Origin: Squalus acanthias
Taxonomy: Eukaryota
NCBI GenBank assembly: GCA_030390025.1
Contig: CM059432.1
Location: 59,708,001-59,772,000, forward strand
Length of the DNA stretch: 64,000 nucleotides
Reading direction: 5' to 3'
Shown here: positions 51,061 to 62,507 of the stretch, one piece after another
Layout of the letters: each line of letters opens with the position of its first letter
Numbering within the stretch: position 1 is the first letter of the stretch
The notes under the pieces: model-generated
Database searches by the model: none
What the model was told of the DNA's origin: nothing
The model's input: the letters and a program-made list of their open reading frames with translations, nothing else
Translations under genes and position numbers: made by a program

Positions 51061-51825
51061 GGGCCAGAAATTCGGCTGTTGTCGGGTGAGTACAGACTGT
51101 GTATTCACCCGTAAGGCCACCTGAAGTGCCGGTTTCCTGCATGCACTGCGCATGCGCGGGAAACCAGAACTTCCGTTCCCCTGAAGGGAGGGGTTCAGAA
51201 GTCGAACGCGTGCGCGGGAGAGGCTGCGCGCACGCAGCGAACTTCAGGTTTTTTTTCAGGTTTCTCCAGGAAGGTAAGTATGAAGAAGCTGCGCTTTTAA
51301 AAAGGAGGTGCAGGGCCTGTTTTTAACAAGGTAAGTGGTTAATTAATTACAATTAAAAAAAAATTTCAACAGGTTTATCTTTTTTAGATACTTTAAAGAA
51401 AGGTAAGTTTATTTTTAGCACCGTTAAAAAGTATAATTAATTGTTTCAAAAATTTTTATTTTTGTTTAAAGTAGTTAATTTATTTAACTTATAGTTATTT
51501 TAAAAATTTGATTTTTTTTTTTCAATTTATTTGAAGTTTAAGTGTGGTTTTGGGGCCGATCTCTATTAATAGATTTGACAGGTCTTCCTGTCAAATCTAT
51601 GAATGAAAATGCCCTGCTAGGATTGGCTCTCCATGGCCCATGTGATCCCAGGGGACGCTTCGAACTAACTGCGCCCCTGGGATACACAAGCACTGCGCGC
51701 CGGCAGCTGCAGGAGGCCCAGGACCCGAAGTCCTCGTGGGCCCAAAGCACAACTGCAGGCGCGGTAGGCAAGTACGTGCGCGATGCTTGCACCCGCAGGA
51801 AGCCGAAAAGCCGAATTTCTGGCCC
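51061..51825. mobile_element. Harbinger-type MITE (765 bp) with AT-rich core
   Basis: Perfect 17-bp TIRs GGGCCAGAAATTCGGCT / AGCCGAATTTCTGGCCC; TSD AGT/AAT (1 mismatch); splits the Myb-like motif EILFP. Confidence 0.88.
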
Positions 51826-53499
51826 AATATCTCCTTCTGGGTCCTCACAGATCCCAGTAGCACCTCCAGGGAGGCATCTGTGAAACAGGACGCATCCTTT
51901 GCCCATCTCGACTCCAATGCAATACTTGTTTGTCTCTCCCTCCTAACTCCAACTGCTTCAACTTGCATGTTTGGAGTGTCCCTTTAAATACTGGAGTTGC
52001 GATCGCGCCATGAGGGTCATCATCACGCCCGCTGACGCTGGATAATAACAGATTCAGGAAGTGAGCCACCTCAGATAAGTGATATTAGCCAGGAGAGTGA
52101 TCCGTCAGGGACTGGAGCTGGAGAACAATACAATCAGGCAAAGTATTTAGGAGTAAATGACAAAGGAACAGATAATGTAGGGCCCGAATAGCCACATATA
52201 TGACCATTGGCTCAAAACTCATGGAGATGCAGAGTGGTGTTTTCTGGTATGCATGTTTTTCTAGTATAAAAGCAAGGCATTCATCAAGAAGTAAATGAGT
52301 GGCTGGCAGCATAGTGTTTGTACAACAATGCTGCCTTCATAAATAACTGGGAATTCTTCAAGAATAAAAAGTACTTCTACAGGAGAGAAAGGCTACACCA
52401 AGTAAGAACAAAAATTCTTGTAAGGTACATGGAAGCAGCAATAGAAAATTATTTAAACTAGACAGATGGTGAGGGGAGGGGAGGGAAGAAAAGGGATCTC
52501 AGATGAGACAGATCATAGGGTAGAAGGTAGTCAGCATTCAGGTATGGACTAGAAACTCTAAAACCTGCCGACAAAACAATGCTGCTTTCTGAGCACCATT
52601 AATTTATTGAGTCCTTTGAGAATGTGCAAAGAACCCTGCAAAGTGTGACAGATAGTATGGAGGTGTCCATCACCCTTATCTGTGCAATGACATTTGATTG
52701 CTTCACAAAAGTGCAGTCCACCCTCGAGGGCTTAGCATATCCAGGGCATCCGTAGCAATGCCCCACCTTAGCAGAGGTCCTAAGCACAGCTATGGATTCT
52801 CTCAGGAGTAGTATAACTGATGTCATTGAGACATTGGGCTCCAATGTCCTTGAGTTGGTTCTGTCTAGATTCATCACACTGGTGAGTCATCTGGACAGAA
52901 CCTGACAGAGGGCTTCAGCAAGGTCATTGTAGCATCAACACAGACGGCCGGACATGTTGAGGGAATTGGCAGCAGCAGGGGCATGGCAGAAGTAGGCACA
53001 TATGAATTCTGTCAGCTCTCATCCATGCCACCTAGCCACTCCACTCAAATGATCCATGTAGAACCAGAAAGCAAGCAGGCCCAGGAAGCTACTATAGTAT
53101 CATACATGGCACCTGCAGTTGCAGGATGATTTTATTACCCTGCTTAAGGAGATAGCAACCCACCCCGTCCCAGGAAGCCTTCATGGATTTCCAGCAATAA
53201 GCCAGCTCACTTCATTCTTCCACTAGGATAGCACCTAAAAGAAACCATAGATTAGGTAGCAGAAGACACTCACCAGTCACAAAGGGGAAGAACCTCGGTA
53301 AGAAACATTGATGCTGCACAAAGAAACTCTTGCATAAATGCATTTTTAGAATTTGGAATTGAACTTTGTGCTGGAAAATCATTTGTCTCGTAACACATTT
53401 CTGCTTCAACAAACTTGGAGCAAACAAAACTGGTAAAGTGGGATTTCCTTTGGGGTGCAAATAGTGCTACATGATTTGGATGAAAAAGATGATTTGATG

Positions 53500-53870
53500 A
53501 GGAGGCAAAAGGGCACCTGAAATTCCATTTGAGGCATTATGTAGATACCTATTCTTAACCCAGGACCCACATTTACAGACAAATACATACCTACCTGGGT
53601 CTCTCAGAGGAGGCTTGTCTTTGCTTCACTTCACAAGGAAGCCCGTTAGTGAGTTGTGCCATCTCCACCAGAATGACCTGCAGACAACTTTGGCAACAGG
53701 GAAGGCGCTTCCTGTAGCTGTGAAGGTCACCACTGTATTAAGTTTTTATGCTACTGGATCCAGAGCGGCATTTGCCAATTCAGCCAATCTCTTTACCACA
53801 GATGCATCAAACAATCAGGCAGAATACAGCAGTCTAGCAATTCTTGGCTACCACAAAAGCTGCAGGTGCA
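53500..53870 (+). pseudogene. Degraded Harbinger transposase 5' fragment
   Basis: [19 protein letters not shown]. Confidence 0.65.
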
Positions 53871-54602
53871 ACCATGGTCGGGGTTAACGGCCGTCAAAAA
53901 TGGTGGCACTGGCAGGACCGAAAAATTGGCACTGGGAACTAATTATCATTCGCCCAGCACTTAACTCACCGTGGAACACCGTCCTGGTGGCGTTGGTCCC
54001 GGCAGGAGGCTCCAATGTGGCGTGGCCCAAGCGTCGTTGCCTCTAGAACAGCCTGCTCTGAAAGCAAGGCTGTGATTTCAGAAAGCACTGTCATTTTCTT
54101 GAAAGGGCAATGCCTTCTGAATTGAAAAAAATAAAAATGATGTAAAAATATATGCAGTTTGTAGTCCTTACAGCTCAACTGCCTTCTGAAAGAGAAATAA
54201 CATTAAAAAGAATTCCCAAATGGGAGTCTTTAGCACTTAAAGCTGAATTCCTTCCGCACCTAAAAAAATGGGAAAAGTTCTTCAGCACTAACACAAATAG
54301 CTCAGCAAGCCAGGGAAGGGGCATCCAAGGTCTCGTATACAGTACTCCAACTTTGTGCAGGGAGTTAACACTGCAAGAGAAGTCCTCTATCCACAGGGGC
54401 CAGGAGGCCCTCCAGAAAGAACGACATCACTGAGGCCATCACTCCCAGCAGTGTCACTTCCCATGACCTGGCTGTAGTGTCCAAAGAAACTTCATGACCT
54501 CAGACCAGTGGTCAAGGTCAGTGACTGCATCTTCAAAAGCCGTCGCCTACCAACTGCATCACTCGCCTCACACACTCCACGCCCGCCCCCCCCCACCGCC
54601 AT

Positions 54603-55905
54603 CGTGTTGTGTGGCACACCGCCGTGCTAAATGGGATAGATTCAGAACAGATCTATCAGCTCAAAACTGGGCATCCATGAGGCGCTGTGGGCCATCAGCA
54701 GCAACAGAATTGTATTCCACCACAATCTGTAATCGCATGGCCCGGCATATCCCTCACTCTACCATTACCATCAAGCCAGGGGACCAACCCTGGTTCAATA
54801 AGGAATGTAGAAGAGCATGCCAGGAGCAACACCAGGCGTACCTAAAAATGCGGTGCCAACCTGGGGAAGCTGCAACACAGGATTACATGCATGCTAAAAA
54901 GTGGAAGCAGCATGCTATAGACAGAGCTAAGCAATCCCACAATCAACGGATCAGATCAAAGCTCTGCAGTCCTGCCACATCCAGTCGTGAATGGTGGTGG
55001 ACCATTAAGCAACTAACGGGAGGCGGAGGCTCCATGAATATCCCCATCCTCAATGATGGTGGAGCCCAGCATGTGAGTGAAAAAGACAAAGCTAAAGCAT
55101 TTGCAACCATCTTCAGCCAGAAGTGCCAAGTGGATGATCCATATCGGCATCTTCCTGAGGTCCCCACCACCACAGAAGCCAGTCTTCAGCCAACTCGATT
55201 CACTCCACGTGATATCAAGAAATGGCTGAGCGCACTGGATACAGCAAAGGCTGTGGGCCCCGACAACATCCCGGCTGTCGTGCTGAAGACTTGTGCTCCA
55301 GAACTAGTCGCGCCTCTAGCCAAGCTGTTCCAGTACAGCTGCAACACTGGCATCTATCCGACAATGTGGAAAACTGCCCAGGTATGTCCTGTCCACAAAA
55401 AGCAGGACAAATCCAATCCGGCCAATTACCGCCCCATCAGTCTACTCTCAATCATCAGCAAAGTGATGGAAGGTGTCGTTGACATTGCTATCAAGCAGCA
55501 CTTACTCACCAATAACCTGCTCACTGATGCCCAGTTTGGGTTCCTCCAGGACCACTTGACTCCAGACCTCATTACAGCCTTGGTCCAAACATGGACAAAA
55601 GAGCTGAATTCCAGAGGTCAGGTGAGAGTGACTGCCCTTGACATCAAGACAGCATTTGACCGAGTGTGGCATAAAGGAGCCCTAGTAAAACTGAAGTCAA
55701 TGGGAATCGGGGGGAAAACTCTCCACTGGCTGGAGTCATACCTAGCACAAAGGAAAATGGTTGTGATGGTTGGAGGTCAATCATCACAGCCCCAGGACAT
55801 CGCTGTAGGACTTCCTCAGATAGTGTTCTAGACCCAACCATCTTCAGCTGCTTCATCAATGACCTTCCCTCCATCATAAGGTCAGACGTGGGGATGTTCA
55901 TCTAC
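54603..55905 (+). mobile_element. Second LINE family fragment (tether + RT N-half, long open frame)
   Basis: ORF 54494-55831: PGDQPWFN, GPDNIP, NYRPISLLS, QFGF, LDIKTAFDRVWH. Confidence 0.92.
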
Positions 55906-57339
55906 CAACAATCACGAGGCACACCTCCCATTCCTAGCTTCACCTCACCCCCTTGGAGGAGATGGTGCAGGCCATCCTTGGCAGGGGCATGGCTGAGCCC
56001 TTGGCCAGCGGTGGGGCTGAAAGGATATAAGATGCTGGTATCCTCATACGTTATCCTCCTTCTTGAATGCACCTGTTGCTTTCCTGCCCTCCTCTCACAA
56101 CTCCAACCTTGTGCCTTCCTCATTTCACACACCCAAGAAATGCAGCCTGCCCAGCCAGTGGTTGGCCAAGAAGAGGGAGAGGAGAGTGAAGAAGAAACAC
56201 TGTCACTCGATTTCACACTCCCAGCCACCAGCTCCTCAAGGTCGACCAGCAGTGCCATTTTCAGTGTCCCCCACTGAAAGTCAGCAGCATTCCACCAGCC
56301 ATGGTGCAGCCACTGGGGTAGCACTACGTGACATCAGTAGGATAGGCAAAGGCACACACAAGACAGTCACTAAGGGAATGCATAAGGTTGATGAGTTGAT
56401 TTCTTGATGTCATATTGGATGGATAGATGTATAAAGTTCGATTGAAAAGTTTGCTTTATGGTGGCTTTTATTTCAGCATTGTGTCCAAGAGGATGCTGTG
56501 ATGGTCAGTAACAGAGGGAAGGTAAGGTGTTGGACAAATGTTGAAAGGGGAATTGGAGTTGTGGTCACTGGTACTGCAGGCGGATGATTCAATCCCGGAT
56601 ATCCCGGCCAGAAAGGGGCTGTCTGGGCTGCATCCTTCCTTCTGCTTCCTCCTCTTCTATGTCTTCCTCTTCTGCGCCTTCCTCTTCTGCACCTTCCTCT
56701 TCCCTCTATGAGCGGATGATGTAAATCTGAAATAAAAGCATAGAATGCTGGAAATACTCAGCAGATCAGGCAGCATCTTGACCTGAGATATGAACTTTGT
56801 TTTTCTCTCCACGGATGCTGCCTGACCTGCTGAGTATTTCGAGCATTTTCTGTCTTCTTAGAGGCCTTCCTTTACTATCTGCAGCCTTTCAAGCATCCAG
56901 CAGCACTCCCTACACATTTAAAAATCTTTTAACATGTATTGCCCCAAGCCACTACTACAATAAAATTTAAAAATCCAGTACAAAAGCTTAAATGCAAACT
57001 TACCTGAAAGATGTGTGTGTCCTTTAAGAGGTGCTGACAGCATCTCTGTCAGCCTGCTGAACGCTGGGCTTTCATGGCGAGCTTAGGACCGAGCGCTGAA
57101 CTTAGCGCTAAGGTCAAAGCTCGCTGAGGTGACGTTAAGTCGACATTGCACGCCGACTGATGTCACCCTCTCTTAATTTACATTTACAGGGCCAGCGCTG
57201 CTATTGGCAGCGCTAAGGCCCTCACCAAAATGGCGGCTGCCGAGTCCCGCGCCAGAGAATGGCGTTCGAGTGGCCGTCACCATTTTTCGACTGGATTGTG
57301 GCAAAATCTCGTGGTGGTAAGTGGCCCAATTTCTAGGCC
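55906..57339. mobile_element. Internally deleted Harbinger remnant with right TIR
   Basis: Myb-like exon pieces (EEGEESEEETLSL), acidic transposase tail on minus strand near 56640-56705, terminus CCAATTTCTAGGCC identical to that of 42370-45587. Confidence 0.6.
56744..56847. mobile_element. Inverted Penelope-like terminal fragment (34-bp arms)
   Basis: AATGCTGGAAATACTCAGCAGATCAGGCAGCATC / GATGCTGCCTGACCTGCTGAGTATTTCGAGCATT; right arm matches 58004-58037. Confidence 0.65.
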
Positions 57340-57911
57340 AGAAAGTGCAGGGGGAAATTGAAAAAAGATATAAGGAGAGGGCAAGGAGAGGGTATAAGTA
57401 AATATTAGTGGGTAACATAAAAAGGAACCCAAAAATCTTTTATAAACATATAAAAAGTAAAAGGATAGTTAAAGGAATGGTGGGGCAGATCAGATACAAA
57501 ATAGGAAATTTTCTTGTGGAGTCAGAGAAGTACCACCTAACAGACTTATTCGGAAAATAGAAGTACACGGTATTAAAGGGATGGTGGTAACTTGGGTACG
57601 TAATTGGCTAAGGGATAGGAGGCAGAGAGTAGTGGTGCACAGATGTTTTTTGGGCTGCAGAGAAGTATACAGTGGGGTCCCCCAGGTATTAGGACCATTG
57701 CTTTTCTTGTTATATATAAACGACCAGGACTTGGGTATAGGGAGTACAATTTTGAAGTTTGTGATTAATAAAGAACTTGCAACGTAGAAAATAGTGAGGA
57801 GGATCGTAGCAGACTGGTGAAATGGGCATACACATAGTAGATGCAATTTAACATGTTTAAGTGTGAAGTGATGCACTTTAGGAGAAACAACATGGAGAGG
57901 CAGTATAATCT

Positions 57912-58049
57912 GCACTTGCTTAAAATCTGTTACATCTCTAACTTTTTCCAGTTCTGACGAAAGGTCATCGACCTGAAACGTTAACTCTGTTTCTCTCTCC
58001 ACAGATGCTGCCTGACCTGCTGAGTATTTCCAGCATTTTCTGTTTTTAT
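57912..58049 (+). mobile_element. Penelope-like element terminal fragment inserted in CR1
   Basis: Flanked by 8-bp direct repeat TATAATCT (57904-11, 58050-57); removing it restores the CR1 reading QYNLNG; carries a hammerhead core. Confidence 0.75.
57950..57986 (+). ncRNA. Minimal hammerhead ribozyme motif (PLE type)
   Basis: AGTT-CTGACGA-A-AGGTC/ATC/GACCT-GAAA-CG-TT-AACT: both catalytic boxes, 5-bp stem II, palindromic stem III (ACGT), 4-bp stem I. Confidence 0.65.
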
Positions 58050-59706
58050 TATAATCTAAATGGTGCTATTTTGAGGAGAGTGCAAGAGCAGGGGGACCTG
58101 GGGTGCATATTCACAAATCCTTGAAGGTGGAAGGGCAAGTTGATAAGGCAGTTAAGAAAGCATATGGGATATTTGTCTTTGGAAATAGGGGCATTGACTA
58201 CAAAAACAAGGAAGGCATGCTAAACTTTTACAAATCATTGGTTAGGCCTCAGCTGGAGTATTGTGTACAATTCTGGGTACCACACTTTAGGAAGGATGTC
58301 AAGGCCTTGGAGAAGATACAGAGGAGGTTTACTAGGATGATACCAGGTATAAGGGACTTCAATTATGTGGAGAGATTGGAGAAGCTGGGGTTGTTCTCCT
58401 TAGAGCTGAAAAGGTTGCGGGGAGAGCTAATAGAGGTATTCAAAATTATGAGAGGTTTTGATAGAGCAAGTAGTGAGAAACAGTTTCCTCTGGTAAGTGG
58501 GTTGATAACCAGCGGTCATAGATTTAAAATATCTGGCAAAAGTACTAGAGGGGAAATGAGGAGAAATTATTTCACAGAGAGGGTTATGATCTGGAACGCA
58601 CTTCCTGAAAGAGAAGTGGAATCAGACTCCATAGGAACTATCAAAAGGCAATTGGACATGTATTTGAAGAGAACTAATTTGCAGGGTTATGGGACTAAAT
58701 TGGACAGCTCTTTCAAAGAGCTGGCACAGACATGATGGGTCGAATGACTCCCCATTCTGTGCTGTAAGATTCTATGATTCTAAGTGACAGACAGCCGTCA
58801 TTTGCAAGGGGCAATACCTTCATCACTTTCACTGTGAAAAGGAGGAATCAGTCTGACAGGGCACCGAACTTTTACTGGATCGTGGTGTTGCCAAGATGGC
58901 AGGGCATCATAGATGTGTAAGTCAATGCCTAATATCCAGGAAGCACCCATGACGCCTTCATAATGCAGCAGAACATTATATGATTTATATGAAGGCCCAG
59001 GAAGATCAGATGGATGACTGCGAAGAGAGCAGGACTAACCTCTTCAGCCCTGGCTGATTAACCCCTCAAATTTATCAACGCACAATAGCCCAATAATCAC
59101 CATGTTTTCCATTCTCATATACACTACCATTCCTCTCATCTGCTGCTACCTGAATATAGCCCTCCCCAAAAAAATATTCTGGATGAAGGTAAAATAAAAT
59201 TTACCAAAGCTAATGACCTAATGGCCCAGATTTTGCTGGAGCATGGCATCTCGTGGCGTGCTCCATTAGTTAGACATTTTCCCTCACGCTTCAGTTCGAA
59301 CAGTTTTTGCTGTGCAAGTTGCTGGAAGTACAAGCTGATAATGGCGCGGCAAACACAACCTGGGACGTAGTTAAATGACGGGACCAATAGTCTAGCTCCT
59401 TAACCAATGAGATTTAATGATTGAGAATTAAACAGGAATGACGAAGATAGGTTGATTGGCATTGCAGGGACATAAATCTCACTTGAAAGGTATTTATGCT
59501 GTTAAGTAGTAGCCCTAACTTTCTGCGGCGAGTTTAATTGGCAATTAAGGCACAAATGCAGCAATTTCATGAAACTCATGGTGAGGGTGAGGGTGAGGGC
59601 GAGCTTTGTTTTTGCGAGGCTAATGGCGGAGCAGCGCAAATCACCAGCAACATGTGGCGATTCAAAATTTACGGGGTATCACTTCCTCACTACAAGTTGC
59701 TGGACG

Positions 59707-59967
59707 ATTTTTTTTTCCATTCACAGCATGTGGGCATCGCAGGCAAGGTCAGCATTTATTGCCCATCCCTAATTGCCCTAGAGAAGGTGGTGGTGATCCG
59801 CCTACTTGAACCACTTCAGTCTGTGAGGTGAAGCTACTCCCACAGTGCTTTTAGGTAGGGAGTTCCAGGATTTTGACCCAGCGACAATGAAGGAAAGGCG
59901 ATATTTTTCCAAGTCAGGATGGTGTGTGACTTGGAGGGGAACTTGGAGGTGGTGGTGTTCCCATGCA
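59707..59967 (-). mobile_element. 3' tail of the second LINE family
   Basis: CATTTATTGCCCATCCCTAATTGCCCTAGAGAAGG is the reverse complement of the tail at 39870-39902 and 41635-41665. Confidence 0.82.
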
Positions 59968-60778
59968 GGCTGCGAGTCTTTCCAGCAAAGTCTCTATCCA
60001 GTGTCACCTCATTGGAAGAATCTCTCTCACCATTGACAGATTGCTTCTGTCATCTCAACTTCACCTGCCATGTATTCCATCAACATGGGTGCCATTTAAA
60101 CTGCCTCACCTTGGTCCTCAGAATCTGACCACGATGAGCCCCAACACCTACAGCACCAGGCACACCAGCAGCACCAATAACAACACCAACCTTCTCTGCA
60201 ATCACCTGATGCTGCACAGGACAGAGGGCATCAGCAACCAAGCACTTTGCTGCCTGGGAGGCTAGGGATGGCCTCATCATGGCCAGATTTACTTAACTTT
60301 ACGCTGTACACCCATATGGCTGCCACATGATGCACCAGATTGGCACCACCCCACACTAACACCATAAAGCATCCCTACAATGACCAAGCCATTTCTTTCA
60401 CACTCAACACCATTGCTGGAGGTACTGTTATGTCTCACCATTCACTGCAACTCACTAAGCCACTTCCAAAGGTGCACACAAATCTGTCCAAGACCGGAAA
60501 GTGTTGAAAATAAACATGTTTATGTTTGACAGCACATTAGCAGAAACTTTACATAAACATCGGATAAAACACTCAAGTGGCTACCCTTGTGAATCTACTT
60601 GCGTGTCATCTTTCTCTTCCACTTGCTTCTATGAGGTGCTACTCCTGTGGCTTCAGCAGAGGCAGCCTGCGCACTTCTCTGCTGCCAAGGAGCTGGAGAG
60701 CACCTTGCTGCACATCAGTAGGGCCATGAGGACCCACGTCTACGCTGACATCCCTCCTAGAGAGGTCTATTAGCCTCT

Positions 60779-60837
60779 GCCATCTATTCTCCATACATAG
60801 CCATCTATTCTCCATACATAGCCATCTATTCTCCATA
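60779..60837. repeat. About three tandem 21-bp units (MENRWLC heptad) in Myb-like exon 3
   Basis: GCCATCTATTCTCCATACATA x2 plus a partial third unit. Confidence 0.92.
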
Positions 60838-62331
60838 GAGACCATGTGCTCCTGTGAGTGGCACATTAGCTGCTCCATGTAGGTGGCCATCCTATCCATG
60901 GAGGAGCCTACAGTCGCCATCACCTGCGACATGGTGGTGCTCATGTTGGAGATGGACTCTTCCATTTTCTGAACATTTGCAGACATCACGCTCGCAAAAC
61001 CTGTCAGAGTCCCCTGCACCTCCAGGATCGCCCTCTTTCTGGATGGCCCCCAAGGCTCAGCGTCTGCATGCAGCTGAGCAGAACTGGGAGCATCCTGCAC
61101 CCTCTGGCAAGGCCTCTCCACTGCTGACCCTGTCTCCACCATCTGCTCTTGCTCACTTGTGAGACACCAGGTGACAAGACTACTCTATGTTGCATGGGAC
61201 CCACCCAGGTGTGCGTATCTGCGCTGGTGCTGGGTGCACTTATGTCTGGTGACGGTGCGCCCTCAGAGGCTGGTGGCTCCTCTGAGGCATCGCCTTCCTC
61301 TTCCTCCTGGACGGGGGGGGGGGGGGGGCGGGGAAGGGGCTCTTGATGGACCTGTGGGAGAGTAAAGAGGTGAGTTAGATATGTCATATGAGGAATGGGG
61401 ATAGATATCATTATGCACATGATGACCATTCAATGGCTGCTGACATCAGTTCCCATATGAGTGACTGATGTGGCCATGTAGCTGTATGATATGCAATTCT
61501 ATCACCAGGTTGCTGAGATGTCCTCCTCTCTTCGTCTCCCACCTCCAGCTTCTCGGCGACTCCAGATATTTCTAAAGCAGCCTCCTCTGCTGTTGTAAGG
61601 TTTGCAAATGATGGAGGGCCACCACTGGTTCTCTCCATTTCCCTCTTATTTTGGGCTCTCTTTTCCTGCAAGGAGGGAAAGAAAAGGTTGAGTGAGAGTA
61701 ATGGAATGAGTGTAAGGTATGGATGGGTTAGATCTTTAGAGGGACACTATGATGGAGTGGGGTGCCAAAGCAAGTGGCCTCCTTGTGTGTTGTTAGTTGG
61801 TATGATTGCATTAGGATGAGGGTAAATGTGAGGGGTGGTTAGTCAGATGGGGATGTGATAATGTAGATAGAGAGGGATGGGTGGACATGCAAGGTATGTT
61901 GGTGTAAGGATGTGCAGGTGTAGGGTTGGGAAGGCAGAGTGATAGGGATGTGATGAGAGGCACAGCAGGATGAAATTGAGTGTGGCTTTGCACTCACGTT
62001 TCCTGATCCAATGAGTTCATTGAAACATTTGCAGCACTGCACCCAGGTCCTCCTGACCACATCCCTGCTGTTGACCTCCTCTGCAATCTCCAACCAGGCC
62101 GTTTGTCACCTGGGGAGGTGTTTTCCACCCCTTGGAAGGGAAGAGGACCTCTCTGCGTGCTTTGACTCCCTCCACAAGCATATGGAAGGAGTCATCGGAG
62201 AAGCTGGGTGCAGCCCTCTGCCTCTGTGCAGTCATTTCCAAAGTGTTTTCAGCAGTCCAATGCTGTAGTGCACTGACTGCACTATTTTAGATTAACCTTC
62301 AAATGTAATGTGGCCATGGCCCCTTTAAATA

Positions 62332-62507
62332 TGAGAGGTCGCACAACACCAGGTTATAGTCCAACAGTTTTATTTTAAATCACAAGCTTTCGGAAGGAGT
62401 TGTAACTCCGAAAGCTTGTGATTTCAAATAAAACTGTTGGACTATAACCTGGTGTTGTGCGACCTCTCAATTTTGTCCACCCCAGTCCAACACCGGCATC
62501 TCCGCAT
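62332..62507. mobile_element. Inverted (fold-back) Penelope-like terminal fragment with flanking direct repeat
   Basis: 63-bp arms 62332-62394 / 62407-62469 with 1 mismatch; GGAGTT-GT-AACTCC-GAAA remnant; direct repeat CATGGCCC(C)TTTAAATAT at 62315-32 and 62508-24. Confidence 0.72.

Larger units (their letters stand above)
47259..52090. mobile_element. Harbinger transposon, third copy, interrupted by a CR1 and a MITE; right end uncertain
   Basis: Left TIR GGGCTGAATTTTAAT; + strand transposase ~47701-48900 ([34 protein letters not shown]); minus-strand Myb-like exon 2 ~49215-49365 and exon 1 in two pieces (51826-51906, 50912-51060). Confidence 0.8.
57350..58782 (+). mobile_element. CR1 LINE, internally deleted, RT to 3' tail
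   Basis: SGVPQVLGPLLFLLYIND; ORF 58103-58735; GATTCTATGATTCTA tail. Confidence 0.9.

Noticed and set aside
60779..60837. CRISPR-like array
   Set aside because: Head-to-tail repeats without spacers inside a coding remnant; eukaryotic context
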